From an uncultured virus (IMG/VR IMGVR_UViG_3300034157_000062) (Duplodnaviria > Heunggongvirae > Uroviricota > Caudoviricetes): a stretch of 64,000 bases of DNA. The stretch lies in the IMG/VR virus record IMGVR_UViG_3300034157_000062, one strand, 5' to 3'. A program made the translations under genes and the position numbers. Below the pieces are notes generated by a model. It was not told the origin of the DNA. It ran no database searches and was given only the letters and a program-made list of their open reading frames with translations. Position 1 is the first letter of the stretch. Every line of letters starts with the position of its first letter. Positions 48,239 through 59,426 of the stretch are shown here, piece by piece.

Positions 48239-48951
48239 TGGACCTTTCTCATCTAGTGGTTATCTACAAGAAGCTCATTAAGCATTCTGATTATTCGGAA
48301 CCTTCGGATGTTTCTGTCATAGAATCAAATAGTATCCCATTACAGCCTACTGAACAATATCTGATTAAATCCATATCGACCGTGGATGAATCTGTTTTGA
48401 ATGCTATCTTTACACCAATTGACTCAAATGCGAAGGATTACTCACTGAACATCAGTTGTGAAGGTGTAAAAGTTCTCTCAACTATCAATACCTTCTTTGG
48501 TAAGCTACATTTTGAAAAAATAGATGAATTGGTTCAAGCTTATATCCAGACGGGTTTGGCTTTAAATGTGATTAGAGATGTCTCTTATCCAGCTCATGTC
48601 AATTTATCGTGGTTTTATACCCATCAAACGGTTTATCAATCCTTTGGCGAGTATTACCATTCTATCTATCGAGATTACAACAAGAGATTGGCTAAGGTTT
48701 CATTTTATGATGAAGTCACCAGAGTGGAATCAAAACCCTTAAAGCTGACGGCAAATTTAAACCTTTCAGTCATCAATAATAAATTAGTTCCCACGGTTGT
48801 GTTGTCTATTCCCTTTATTAAGAATAAGCACAGAATGGAAATCGTTATCAATCTCAATGAACCTTTTGATGGTCAACATTATAAAGTCTTATTTGAAGAA
48901 GCCTTTAAGAACGCTTCAAAGACCACCCGTAAAAAGAAAACAGCACATTAA
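48235..48951 (+). CDS. hypothetical protein with basic tail
   Basis: ATGA overlap; ends KTTRKKKTAH. Confidence 0.7.
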   Translation: MMDLSHLVVIYKKLIKHSDYSEPSDVSVIESNSIPLQPTEQYLIKSISTVDESVLNAIFTPIDSNAKDYSLNISCEGVKVLSTINTFFGKLHFEKIDELVQAYIQTGLALNVIRDVSYPAHVNLSWFYTHQTVYQSFGEYYHSIYRDYNKRLAKVSFYDEVTRVESKPLKLTANLNLSVINNKLVPTVVLSIPFIKNKHRMEIVINLNEPFDGQHYKVLFEEAFKNASKTTRKKKTAH

Positions 48952-49019
48952 ACTTAATAGTAAAAGAAAAGCCTACATCAATTGTAGGCTTTTTAGTCTT
49001 CATTATCTCAATGTGATAC

Positions 49020-49823
49020 TTATGGACAATTTTGACAAATAGGGCAGTAATACGTGCCACGTCCACCTTGTTTGATACGAGTCACTGGATGCCCTTTGGT
49101 GTCAACCTTCTTGCCGTAGACATGAAAGTTATCTTGAAAGCTTCCTTCCTTATCAAATGCATCTCGATAATCCGAAATAGATGAACCACCGACTTCAATA
49201 GATTTATTCAGAATAGCTTTTGTTTCTTTTACTAACATATCGGATTGCGGCTGGGTTAAATCCTTTGCTTTCGAATAAGGGCTTATGCCACATATATACA
49301 TCAGCTCAATTACATAGATGTTGCCCAACCCAACCACATAGGTTTGATCCAGTAAAAATTGCTTGATATTTTTCTTGTTGTTTCTAGATAGGTTATACAG
49401 ATAATCTCCTGTAAAAGCCTCAGTCAAAGGTTCTATACCCAGATTTTTGATAAACTTGTTATCCATTGGTGTGTTTTCATAAGTGATGAACCCGAATTTA
49501 CGGATGTCATTATACATAAGAAAGGTACCATCTTCAAACTCAATACACACTCTATTAAATTTGTCGTCAATTTTTTCTGGTTGTATTAAAAACTTTCCTG
49601 TCATGCCTAAGTGGGCGACTATGGAACCTTTATCTAGATTGAAAATAATACATTTAGCACGACGTTCTACGTTCTTAATTGTTCTTCCACTGAGCAAAGC
49701 CTTTAAATTGGGTTGTATAGGCTCTCTAAGTCGGTTGTCATACACTTCAACATCTTTTATCTTTTTACTGGCTATGGTAGCTAATGAATTGACTACGCAT
49801 TGTACTTCTGGTAGTTCTGGCAT
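49020..49823 (-). CDS. mutM: formamidopyrimidine-DNA glycosylase (Fpg)
   Basis: MPELPEV, HLGMTG, DIRKFG, LLDQ..V.GLGNIY, GGSSISDY, RGTYYCPICQ. Confidence 0.95.
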   Translation of the reverse strand: MPELPEVQCVVNSLATIASKKIKDVEVYDNRLREPIQPNLKALLSGRTIKNVERRAKCIIFNLDKGSIVAHLGMTGKFLIQPEKIDDKFNRVCIEFEDGTFLMYNDIRKFGFITYENTPMDNKFIKNLGIEPLTEAFTGDYLYNLSRNNKKNIKQFLLDQTYVVGLGNIYVIELMYICGISPYSKAKDLTQPQSDMLVKETKAILNKSIEVGGSSISDYRDAFDKEGSFQDNFHVYGKKVDTKGHPVTRIKQGGRGTYYCPICQNCP

Positions 49824-50068
49824 TGGGTTTCTCCTAATATGGAGATTATTATATATTAATAAGAAATATATTCAAGAGATATAATTCTCAATATTTTTAC
49901 CATTTTTGTATAGCATTAAAAATAATAATATTCAGCTAATTGCATTATACTATAGTTCATTTTTATATCATCTATACAAACGACATTAATCTAACTTTAA
50001 TTGACTATATACAAAATTATAGTATAATGTTACAATATAATTACAATAAATATTATTAACTTAAATAT

Positions 50069-51256
50069 ATGAAAAAAAAATCAATATTCACCCTAACCCT
50101 CCTAGGGTTTTGTGTTTCACATGCTGACTATTTTGTCACTATTCCATTAGAAATAAACAATATAAAATTTGATAATTGGGTTCCTACTGACAAGATCATA
50201 TCTATGTGGCAAATGTCTGGTTCTATTTATGATTGTTCTAATTGGAGTCCTCTAGCTTCAACAATAACAATTGAACAGCCATTTGTTCAAACAGCAACTG
50301 ATTGTAAACAAAATCAAGTACGAACTGTTCAAGAGAGAGAATTGGACAAAGTTTCTGGTAATGTTCGTAATGTTGGTGCTCCTTATACGGAAACACAAGT
50401 GATACAGGTAACTGATACAAAAAATGCTTTGGGTTCCAAAGAGACTTGGGCTTCTATTAGTTCATCATATACTACATGGACTAATGATGGTTCAATCATT
50501 AACTGTTCTAATTGGTCACCAGCACCATCAACAGTAACAATCGGAACATCTTATACTCAAACAGCTACTGATTGTCAGCAACCACAAATTCGTTCAAGAC
50601 AAGACCGTGAACAAGAGATGACAACAGGTTCTGTTAGAAATGTTGGTGCTGCTGTAACTGAATCACAAAGCATTACCGCTTCTTCAACAAGAGCAGCAAC
50701 AGGAGCAAAAGAAACATGGGTAGCCATTTCGTCCACTTCTACAGCGTGGGTTAATGATGGTGCATTAACAGGTTGTTCTAACTGGTCACCCGCCACATCA
50801 ACTGTCCCTGCAAACCAAGCATTTACTCAGACGGCTACAGACTGTAAACAACCACAAACTAGCATTAGACAAGATCGTGAACAGGAAACAACAACCTTAG
50901 CTATTCGTAATAAAGGTGTTGCTGTTACAGAGACACAAACATTAACTGTTTCGTCTACTCGATCCGCTACAGGCACTAAAATAATGAGTCAACAATCTTA
51001 TAATTCGAATACTCGCGTAATCTTAGAATATTGTGAAGGAACGACAGGTGGTTATATTAAATTTATGTGGAATGGAACTCAAGTTGGTATAACAACTGGC
51101 ACTTGGTCATCAGTAGCAAATGCTGCTGTCAATTATGGGGGGTACCGTTATACAGTCGGTCCTTATGTTGATAATATGGACTGGGATGATCAGGGTTGTG
51201 GATCAAATGGAGATGCAATGGATAATTATTACTATATTATAAGAACTCCATTATAA
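50069..51256 (+). CDS. secreted repeat protein (3 repeats), paralog of ORF 30711
   Basis: signal peptide ...SHA-DYFVTIP; three CSNWSP...QTATDC units; distinct C-terminal domain. Confidence 0.8.
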   Translation: MKKKSIFTLTLLGFCVSHADYFVTIPLEINNIKFDNWVPTDKIISMWQMSGSIYDCSNWSPLASTITIEQPFVQTATDCKQNQVRTVQERELDKVSGNVRNVGAPYTETQVIQVTDTKNALGSKETWASISSSYTTWTNDGSIINCSNWSPAPSTVTIGTSYTQTATDCQQPQIRSRQDREQEMTTGSVRNVGAAVTESQSITASSTRAATGAKETWVAISSTSTAWVNDGALTGCSNWSPATSTVPANQAFTQTATDCKQPQTSIRQDREQETTTLAIRNKGVAVTETQTLTVSSTRSATGTKIMSQQSYNSNTRVILEYCEGTTGGYIKFMWNGTQVGITTGTWSSVANAAVNYGGYRYTVGPYVDNMDWDDQGCGSNGDAMDNYYYIIRTPL

Positions 51257-51492
51257 TAAACCAAAATAAAAAAGACCTTCGGGTCTTTTTTATTTATTCT
51301 TATTAATCTCTTTAATATTATATATCCAAGCAAAGTTTTTGAAGTGCATACTCAGTTTATTGCAAAGAATTAAAAAATAGTGATACTGTTACGAAAAACA
51401 GAATTTTTTAAATGTCAAATCAATAAAAAATAACCATCATTTATTGCTTTTACAACGCTTCAATATATGATATAAGTATTATTAAAAAGGAG

Positions 51493-52503
51493 TTGGACTG
51501 TATGCAATTAAGACAAAAAGTAGACGTTGGCGTTATATGCCTATTAGTAGTAGGGTTTATAACGATTATGAAAGTAGCACTACTACCCGCACTGTTAGCT
51601 GGAATGGTTACTTTTTTGATGATGAGATTTTCCGAAGAAATGATGAATAGCTATATGAAGCTTGGCAATATGTCTAAGTTTGTTTCAACTATAGTCATAT
51701 CACTCATTATCATAGGGTTTTTAACGCTTATATCTATGTATTCTATCTCTTGGCTCTACAAGACGGTAAGCAATCCAGATATGATAGTTAATGAAATCAC
51801 AATGGTTCTTGATAAAACCATCAAAGATCTACCACCAAAAATATCTGGATTTTTCCCACAAGACATTCACAAATTAAAAATCAGCATAGTTGACTTCATG
51901 AAAGAGAACTTATTTGTTCTGAGAGAATTCAGCCGTGGAGCTACACATACATTGATTACTATGATATTGGGTATGATTATCGGTATTATGGTAGCTGCTA
52001 GCGATTCAATTAAAAGTGATAAAATGTTTATCAATTCTCTCAGAACCCGTTATTCTCATTTAATTGAGTCTTTCAGGCATGTGATGGTTGCACAAGCAGG
52101 TATTGCTTTATTTAATGCTGTCATGACAGCGATATTCTTATTGATTGTTATGCCATTGTTTGACGTTGACTTCCCATTTGCTAAAACCATTATCATTCTA
52201 ACGTTTGTTATTGGATTAATCCCTATTGCTGGTAACTTGATTGTAAATGCTATCGTGTTACTGGTAGGTCTTTCTGTTTCACCGTATGTGGGTGTCAGTG
52301 CTTTTGCTTATTTAATTTTCATACATAAATTCGAATACTTCTTGAATGCTAAAATTATAGGGAGTAGAATAGAAGCTAAAGCATTTGAACTCTTAGTTGC
52401 AATGTTGATAATGGAATCCATATTTGGTGTTACAGGGCTTATCGCAGCTCCTATTCTTTACTGTTACTTGAAGAAAGAACTCAAATATCACGAAGTTATT
52501 TAA
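51493..52503 (+). CDS. AI-2E family transporter
   Basis: multi-TM; GLIPIAGNLI, HKFEYFLNAKIIG, FGVTGLIAAPILY. Confidence 0.85.
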   Translation: MDCMQLRQKVDVGVICLLVVGFITIMKVALLPALLAGMVTFLMMRFSEEMMNSYMKLGNMSKFVSTIVISLIIIGFLTLISMYSISWLYKTVSNPDMIVNEITMVLDKTIKDLPPKISGFFPQDIHKLKISIVDFMKENLFVLREFSRGATHTLITMILGMIIGIMVAASDSIKSDKMFINSLRTRYSHLIESFRHVMVAQAGIALFNAVMTAIFLLIVMPLFDVDFPFAKTIIILTFVIGLIPIAGNLIVNAIVLLVGLSVSPYVGVSAFAYLIFIHKFEYFLNAKIIGSRIEAKAFELLVAMLIMESIFGVTGLIAAPILYCYLKKELKYHEVI

Positions 52504-52555
52504 AACAACATAAAATGGAGGTCAATTGACCTTCATTTTTTTTAAGGAGTAAAAA

Positions 52556-53305
52556 TTGAAAAAGCGAATACGATACGCCAAACCCATTACAGTTGATGAA
52601 TTAGAGCATATCATTTTCAAAGTTGGTAAAACTGCAGTATTTGATGAAATAGGACTACAAGGAAAATTATTCAAACAAGCAGGCTTCATTGCAATCCCCG
52701 CCGTCACCGATTGTGAATATTACTTTAAAGATATGGGTGAACATTTATTACTTATAGCTGTTGAAGGTATTGTCAACACAAAACAAGTTTATATGTCAAG
52801 AAAATCATTGATATTAAACAATCCAAGAAATTTAAACATCTTAAAGAATTTAAACGATGATAATTATATTCATACACTATCAACCGTAGGTGATTCAGAA
52901 GAAACGGCTATCGGTAACGAGTTCTATATCAAGAGTAATACGAAACCTTGCAAAGAGGTATTCGACTCGCCTAAATACTTAAATGTTGAAGAATCTAATT
53001 TCACGTATGAAGTTTTTAAATATCAAGATTTCAAATACCGTATAGAACAAATATGGGTGACGGGTGTTATTGATGTACAATACATTTCGAATGAAGACAA
53101 TAATAACCTTATTGTGACTGATCTATCATTCTCAGAATATGGAACGTTGATATCTTACGCAGTGGAGAATAAGAAAGGTTCTATTAAATCGACCAACCTC
53201 AATTCACTGATTGATACCAGTCATGTCAATATAGATAACTATCATCTATTCTTTCAGAAGATAAATAAAGAAACACTCACAGTTATTGAAATGTTAATTG
53301 AATAA
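52556..53305 (+). CDS. paralog 1 of 4 (DNYHLF family); Met(-4) motif
   Basis: IDNYHLFFQK...VIEMLIE. Confidence 0.7.
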   Translation: MKKRIRYAKPITVDELEHIIFKVGKTAVFDEIGLQGKLFKQAGFIAIPAVTDCEYYFKDMGEHLLLIAVEGIVNTKQVYMSRKSLILNNPRNLNILKNLNDDNYIHTLSTVGDSEETAIGNEFYIKSNTKPCKEVFDSPKYLNVEESNFTYEVFKYQDFKYRIEQIWVTGVIDVQYISNEDNNNLIVTDLSFSEYGTLISYAVENKKGSIKSTNLNSLIDTSHVNIDNYHLFFQKINKETLTVIEMLIE

Positions 53306-53385
53306 TTAGGGGCTTAGGCTCCTTTTTTCATTGCTAAAAATAGCTTCCATGTGGTATAATAGTAAACTTTAATGAGGTTTACGTC

Positions 53386-54153
53386 ATGCTTTATATAAAA
53401 AATGTAGAACCCACTCTTGTTTTCGTAACGGCTGCTACCTCTCATGAACAATTGATTGGGTATATTAAAACAGTAGGAACTACCGTTTTTTTCAATAATT
53501 TCACCCAAGGAACTCTACGAGACTACCTTCATATTAATGGCTTCAAAAATGTGAGTTCATCAGTAAAAGTTCTTTATTATGCCGTGGTTGACAAAACTAT
53601 TCTGGTTATCCATCTTGATGGTCAGGTACTTAAAGAAAAGTATTGGGTTAAGTTGTCAGATGAAAACCTTGAGTATGTTGACACTTATGGCAAAGAAAAT
53701 GACGACTTCTTTATGTCATTTAGTACTGAACATATGTCGAATAACGATGTATATGAAATAACCACAGATGTTCCATTTTGTGAATATTTTGTTGTCATCA
53801 TGAATTCTGATAGCACTTCTAAATTCCCGCTGAGACGTGTTGATCTTTACTTTAAACATAAAACTAACCAATATTTGAGTGTTTCTATTTTCAACAAAAA
53901 AAATGGATTTGTTCAAATTCAATATGAGAACCCTGAACCCAATGGTGATTACTATTTTTCTGATTTTATGGAATTTGGGGCTGGCAGATTACTAGTCGCT
54001 AGAATCATAAATAGACACCGCCGAATAAATATAGATATCACCCCTGATTCTGAAATTGTTGATGTCAATGATATTAGTATAGATAATTTTCACTTATTTT
54101 GGGAAAAGTTAACTCCTGAACAACTTGTATTACTAGAAATGACCACTATATAA
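53386..54153 (+). CDS. paralog 2 of 4; Met(-4) motif
   Basis: DNFHLFWEKLTPEQLVLLEMTTI. Confidence 0.75.
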   Translation: MLYIKNVEPTLVFVTAATSHEQLIGYIKTVGTTVFFNNFTQGTLRDYLHINGFKNVSSSVKVLYYAVVDKTILVIHLDGQVLKEKYWVKLSDENLEYVDTYGKENDDFFMSFSTEHMSNNDVYEITTDVPFCEYFVVIMNSDSTSKFPLRRVDLYFKHKTNQYLSVSIFNKKNGFVQIQYENPEPNGDYYFSDFMEFGAGRLLVARIINRHRRINIDITPDSEIVDVNDISIDNFHLFWEKLTPEQLVLLEMTTI

Positions 54154-54167
54154 TTAGGAAAAATATT

Positions 54168-54950
54168 ATGATTGACTTAAAAAACATAGAGATGAATCTT
54201 ATTACATTAGACTCTGAAAATTTTAATGTTAATGAATTTTACAAATACATTCACAAGGTTGAAGTTTGTATGGCTTTCATAAATTTTGATAAATTCATGT
54301 TAGATGACTTATTTATTAATGCTGGTTTTACAAAAATTACGGGAGCAGAAAGTCCTCATTATTTTAAAATTATGGATTCCTTTATATTTGTTATTTATAT
54401 TGAGGCATCGGCGGCAAATTTTGTGATGCTTGAAAAATATTTTCTGATCAATTCAGAAAGAAATCTTTCAACTGTTAAGGCATTTGTACATAAAACTTTC
54501 AATGATGGTAATTTTGCAGATTTTCATAGTGATAGTGACGTATTTGATTATAAACTTTACCCAGAATCATTAGACATGCCATTTTATGTAAATTATCTTG
54601 TTCGATCTGCCTATGCTGTGCCGAAGCTTCTTCGTGTAGACTTAGGATTAAAGTATGGAAATGATAAATTTATGATCGCTTCTATTTTTGATAGAGATGA
54701 TGAATGTATACAGATAGCCTATGATACATATACAAAAGATTGTAATTATATGTATGCAGAATTCATTCAATTCGTAAATGAGAACGTTACAGATTTGAAA
54801 ATCTATACCCCACATAATCAGAAAACAATCTCTATAACACATTGTCTAGATGATTGTGATATAGATCTTATTACATTAGATAACTATCATCTTTTTTGGG
54901 AAAAATTAACATCTGAACAAATTTTATTGTTCGAAATGTCAGTTGTATAG
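54168..54950 (+). CDS. paralog 3 of 4; Met(-4) motif
   Basis: DNYHLFWEKLTSEQILLFEMSVV. Confidence 0.75.
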   Translation: MIDLKNIEMNLITLDSENFNVNEFYKYIHKVEVCMAFINFDKFMLDDLFINAGFTKITGAESPHYFKIMDSFIFVIYIEASAANFVMLEKYFLINSERNLSTVKAFVHKTFNDGNFADFHSDSDVFDYKLYPESLDMPFYVNYLVRSAYAVPKLLRVDLGLKYGNDKFMIASIFDRDDECIQIAYDTYTKDCNYMYAEFIQFVNENVTDLKIYTPHNQKTISITHCLDDCDIDLITLDNYHLFWEKLTSEQILLFEMSVV

Positions 54951-55017
54951 CTGATTGCTAGTATATATGGCAGTGAAAATTTGATAAGGTAGAGAACTTT
55001 AACGAGGGTTACACGGA

Positions 55018-55773
55018 ATGATGAATTTAAATAAAGTTAGTATGAAGCTAGATATTATAGATTCTGTCGCATGGAACATGGACTCATTTAACACGTCCAT
55101 ACAAAAACCAGCCACAAGTGTTTTCTTTAATAATTTTACATCACATGATTTAGATAGGTTTTTAAAAGAATCTGGCTTTGAGCAAATCGAGAATTTAAAG
55201 CTTTTTTATTTTAAGAAGGTTAATGACTTTATATTGATTATCAAATTAGAATCGAGACATATTAAAGAAAAGTATCTTATTCATTATACCGAAGATAATT
55301 TTGCTTACATACGAGACACAAAGAACTATGAGCAATCTTTTGAATCATTCCATAATGATGAGAAAAGAAATCACACACTTTATCCAGAAGGCGTAGAAAC
55401 ACCTTTTTATGAAAATTTCATGGTAAGGGAGAATTATGGAGATCCCACTTTAATCCGAACAGATGTTGGTTTTAAATATTTAAAAAATCGGTTTGTGATT
55501 GCGTCTCTTTATGAAAAGCATAAGAAACAAATTCAGATTTGTTATGATGATTACAGTCATAATCCAGATTGTATTCTTGCGGATGCTATTGGCTTTATTG
55601 GACAAGAGTTGACTGATGTAAAAATACTGAGTACAAAAAGTGGTAAACGGATATCGTTATTAGATCATAAAGATGTATTTGATGTAAGCGATGTCACCAT
55701 TGAAAACTTTCATCTTTTCTGGGAGCGTTATACAACAGAAGAACAAACCTTACTGGCAATGTTGCTGATATGA
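55018..55773 (+). CDS. paralog 4 of 4; Met(-4) motif
   Basis: ENFHLFWERYTTEEQTLLAMLLI. Confidence 0.75.
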   Translation: MMNLNKVSMKLDIIDSVAWNMDSFNTSIQKPATSVFFNNFTSHDLDRFLKESGFEQIENLKLFYFKKVNDFILIIKLESRHIKEKYLIHYTEDNFAYIRDTKNYEQSFESFHNDEKRNHTLYPEGVETPFYENFMVRENYGDPTLIRTDVGFKYLKNRFVIASLYEKHKKQIQICYDDYSHNPDCILADAIGFIGQELTDVKILSTKSGKRISLLDHKDVFDVSDVTIENFHLFWERYTTEEQTLLAMLLI

Positions 55774-55826
55774 TGCTTCATTTAAATATGTTAGTTAACA
55801 ATAAAGGAGCCGAAGCTCCTTTTTTC

Positions 55827-56306
55827 TTATTTAAATAAGGCTGTTAAACTTTCTTTTTCTGTAAACATACGCACCAAATCCATCCTTTTAACGGTGTATT
55901 TTGATTTCTTGAACTTTTCTCCGAGAATAAACAAAGCCGTAATGAGATTGTTGTTATTCTTTGTTAAATCGAGTTCAATCAAGTGGATGTTTCCACGTTC
56001 TTGATGGTCTACCAGATTAAAGACACATTTACCTTCCTGAAACGATTCTCTGAATAGTTTCAAGAGCGTTTCTTTACTGCAGTCTACATCTGTTTCGATA
56101 AGGTATGTCTTTTTTGTCTCTATATTTTTTGTTTTTTCTGGATTAGTGATGGCACCTTCCAATGTATTCCAGTTTTTCATGAAGAATACTTTTGCAATGG
56201 CTTCCAGTATCTTATTGTTAGGTAAAGACACACCTTGTTCTAGAAGGTAGTTGGAAAGATTTTTAGCGGAATTTTTGATGTTTTGCTTGGTGGTTTCGTA
56301 TTTCAT
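55827..56306 (-). CDS. glyoxalase-superfamily-like (Glyoxalase_8-type) N-domain protein
   Basis: IKNSAKNLSNYL...KILEAIAKVFFMKNWNTL; AGGAG RBS before ATG 56306. Confidence 0.65.
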   Translation of the reverse strand: MKYETTKQNIKNSAKNLSNYLLEQGVSLPNNKILEAIAKVFFMKNWNTLEGAITNPEKTKNIETKKTYLIETDVDCSKETLLKLFRESFQEGKCVFNLVDHQERGNIHLIELDLTKNNNNLITALFILGEKFKKSKYTVKRMDLVRMFTEKESLTALFK

Positions 56307-56481
56307 TTTTGAGACTCCTAATTGATGTCCAAAAAGTGCTTCCATTGCTTTATCGGCAATTAGTCGTTAGTTAAGTTGAAAATTCCTTAGTTCGCCAAGT
56401 TGGAAGCGGCTAGCCATAGACACATACTGTGGTAAAGGAGGCTGCAATAATAGTAACCTCCTTTTGATAAAAAATCAAGAC

Positions 56482-57369
56482 TTAAATTGAAATACCGAGA
56501 TCATTTAATTCCAGTTTAGCTTTAATCCTGAAATTTTCTACATAGGTGTTTTTAATACCCTGCTCAGTATCAAGTTGGCTTTTAATCTCAGCATGGTCTT
56601 TATTGATAGTTGTCATGATTTTTTCAATTGTGACTGCTACATTATAGAGTTGACCATCAGTGTTACCAAGACTATTCAGTACCATGAAACTTGAAAAGGT
56701 GTCCATAAAACCGTTGTCAGACATATCAAAAACAAAGTCTAAGGTAGTCCATAGAGAATCTAGCTGAACTTCATTCACTTTTAAACGTGTATATTCAAGT
56801 TCTTTCTTAAATTTATCAATAGCTGGACCCACATCATTGACTTCGGAACGAGCGGTACTGGTACTCATACTGGATAACATAGAAATGGTTTTATCTTTCG
56901 TAAACATGTCTACAGTTTCCATAGATTTTGCTGAGCTAATAGCCGACCTTGCTTCGCTAATTTCTTTCAATACATAATCGCCAGCCTTTTTTGTTTTATG
57001 AATAACATTGTATAAGTCAGTCGCTAGCTGTACTCGTTTATTGATTTCTTCATATTTGGCATTATTTTCTTGATTAGACATAATCAATTGATTTACATAG
57101 TTGTCATTCAAGGATTGTTTTTTGCTGACAATTTCTTTGGCGTATTGTCTAGATAGGGCTTCTTTCTCTGCAATAAAAGCTTTGAGTTCTCGTAGTTGTT
57201 TTCTTTTGGCGAATGCAAACAGCCTTTTGAAAAAGTTAATAGCTTTATATTCAGTCGTAAAATCAATCAAAATTACTTCATATTCTGAAATGATGGTCTT
57301 AGTTTTATTAATTTCTTCTTGTTTTTGGGTTTCAAATCTTTTGAATTCATTGACTAAATTTGACAACAT
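56482..57369 (-). CDS. coiled-coil hypothetical protein
   Basis: 295 aa helical; AGGAG RBS. Confidence 0.75.
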   Translation of the reverse strand: MLSNLVNEFKRFETQKQEEINKTKTIISEYEVILIDFTTEYKAINFFKRLFAFAKRKQLRELKAFIAEKEALSRQYAKEIVSKKQSLNDNYVNQLIMSNQENNAKYEEINKRVQLATDLYNVIHKTKKAGDYVLKEISEARSAISSAKSMETVDMFTKDKTISMLSSMSTSTARSEVNDVGPAIDKFKKELEYTRLKVNEVQLDSLWTTLDFVFDMSDNGFMDTFSSFMVLNSLGNTDGQLYNVAVTIEKIMTTINKDHAEIKSQLDTEQGIKNTYVENFRIKAKLELNDLGISI

Positions 57370-57490
57370 GCGTTAGGCTCCTAAAAGAATACCTAATTAT
57401 ATCTTTTTTAAATTTAAAAATCAATACAAAATTATTATATAAAAAAAGAACATTTCGTATGTTCTTTTTTGTTTTTTTACTAAAAGTTTA

Positions 57491-58168
57491 TTATAAATTG
57501 TTCTTTTTAATTGTGCTTTTAATTCTTATTATTGCATTTTCTTGTGGTTCTTTTGGATTTTTTATACTATCGTCAACAATAGACTTTATTTCTTTAAAAG
57601 CATCTCCAATATTCAAGTCATCTAATTTTTTCAAGAAGTCGTTACCATACTTTTCATTGTGTTTTGCCTTCGCTGGAAGATCAACGTCCATGTTATTCAT
57701 ATATTCTTTCTTTTCTACGTGATTTAAATAAGCTATGAGTCCAGCCCCTATCATCATTCCAGCAGGAATTATAGCAGCTAAACCTGCACCGGCAGCGAGT
57801 TCATTAAAATATTTCCCTACCATCATCCCCGCTGGTATACCGACTGTTGCAATTATACCACCAGCAAGCATTAATGCATTGGGTATAGATTCACGTTTTT
57901 GAGCTAGATCGATAGGAGATTTATAACTTAGTAGTTTATTAGAAAAGTTATCAATAAGTGTGTTTAACTTTGTAGATAATTCATTTGATTGTTTATTTTC
58001 AAATAATGGTTTTGGATTAAACTTTGACGGAAAATCGGCCTCTGACTTAGCTTCTTTAATTTTAATGATTTCAGGATCTGTTATATATTCCTTTTTATCA
58101 AAATTATTAATCAAACCTTTAAGTTGTTCAGACATTTGATCGGCTTCTTTATTTACGAATAGCGTCAT
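57491..58168 (-). CDS. Gly/Ala-rich helical-hairpin membrane protein, paralog of ORF 58238
   Basis: shared IPAGMM, GAGL..YLN, KHNE..G, IKxxVDxSIKNP. Confidence 0.75.
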   Translation of the reverse strand: MTLFVNKEADQMSEQLKGLINNFDKKEYITDPEIIKIKEAKSEADFPSKFNPKPLFENKQSNELSTKLNTLIDNFSNKLLSYKSPIDLAQKRESIPNALMLAGGIIATVGIPAGMMVGKYFNELAAGAGLAAIIPAGMMIGAGLIAYLNHVEKKEYMNNMDVDLPAKAKHNEKYGNDFLKKLDDLNIGDAFKEIKSIVDDSIKNPKEPQENAIIRIKSTIKKNNL

Positions 58169-58237
58169 ATTAAATTCTCTTGTTAATAATTATATATTAT
58201 CATATTTTAGAAAAATATAAACAGACTTAAAAAAAAA

Positions 58238-58774
58238 TCACATTTTATTTTTAATTAATACATTTCTGACTTCTATTCCTATATTTTCTTGAAATTTTGG
58301 TGGATTCTTAATACTCTCATCAACAACGGCTTTAATGTCATTGAAAGCTTTTCCTATGTCTAAACCAGAAATTTGGTCAAGGAATTCTTTACCAGCTATT
58401 TCATTATGTTTTGATTGCATTGGTTTATCGAGTTCTTGATTAATAGCCAGTTCTTTATTGTCTTTACGATTGAGATAAGACACCAATCCAGCACCTAAAC
58501 TAAGTCCCATCGGTAAGATTGCCCCTATGGCTCCACCACTCGTGATATTATCCATATAGGCAGAACCCAACATCATGCCTGCTGGTATTGCAGCCACTAG
58601 TGTCAATTTAGCGGCCAACACGAGATCTTCATTTAAGTCTTCACGTCTTTCTATTTTTTCGCTGATAAATTCATAATCAAGAAGATTATCAGTGTAATCG
58701 TCCACCAGACTATGCAGTTCTGCTGATAATTCTTCTGATATTTGTGTTTTGAACAGTGTCATAGTGATATACAA
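58238..58774 (-). CDS. paralog of ORF 57491
   Basis: same motifs as ORF 57491. Confidence 0.75.
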   Translation of the reverse strand: MYITMTLFKTQISEELSAELHSLVDDYTDNLLDYEFISEKIERREDLNEDLVLAAKLTLVAAIPAGMMLGSAYMDNITSGGAIGAILPMGLSLGAGLVSYLNRKDNKELAINQELDKPMQSKHNEIAGKEFLDQISGLDIGKAFNDIKAVVDESIKNPPKFQENIGIEVRNVLIKNKM

Positions 58775-58910
58775 TTATTATTATAGTAATTTTAACATGT
58801 TTAAAAAAAATGTGAATAAGGAACTTAAAAAAATATATGGCCTATTTGGCATACCTATATAATTAAAAACCCCTCTCAAGAGGGTTTTTAATGTAGTGTC
58901 TTTCAAAATT

Positions 58911-59369
58911 TTAAGCACTTTTTATGTAAGAACTGATACTGACATCAATTATCTTATCAACGTTGATAGATGCCACCAACTTTTTATCTGTGAAATGTTT
59001 ATTCGCTTCAAACAATTCTTCTTTGATGATATGTTTAGCCACTGTCTTCTTATTTACTGATTTAGATAATCTTTGTCTTTTTAAATTAATTTGAAGTATC
59101 CAATCAATGAGTTTGAAATAACATTTTTTCACATCAGGTGAGGCATTAAATTCATTGACACATAATTTAAAACAGTTAGCATCCACTTCACTGATTTGTT
59201 CTTTTATAAGTTTTATTGCATAACCTTCGTTTTTGACATTAGCATTTACATGACCTTTAACAAACTCAATAACTTTTAACCAGTTATCTTCTTTTATTTT
59301 TAAGTCGTAAATGATCTTAGCACTGAGTGTTATCAATACATTGTATGGGTTTTCAATTAGTTTAGACAT
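58911..59369 (-). CDS. hypothetical protein
   Basis: 152 aa, AAGGTG RBS, terminator downstream. Confidence 0.7.
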   Translation of the reverse strand: MSKLIENPYNVLITLSAKIIYDLKIKEDNWLKVIEFVKGHVNANVKNEGYAIKLIKEQISEVDANCFKLCVNEFNASPDVKKCYFKLIDWILQINLKRQRLSKSVNKKTVAKHIIKEELFEANKHFTDKKLVASINVDKIIDVSISSYIKSA

Positions 59370-59426
59370 GTTATCACCTTGTTATACTAATATTATACAA
59401 TAAAAATTATATTAATAAAGTGCCGG

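Noticed and set aside
50960..51256. Variable tip domains as diversity-generating retroelement targets
   Set aside because: No reverse transcriptase and no near-identical template/variable repeat pair visible in the window.
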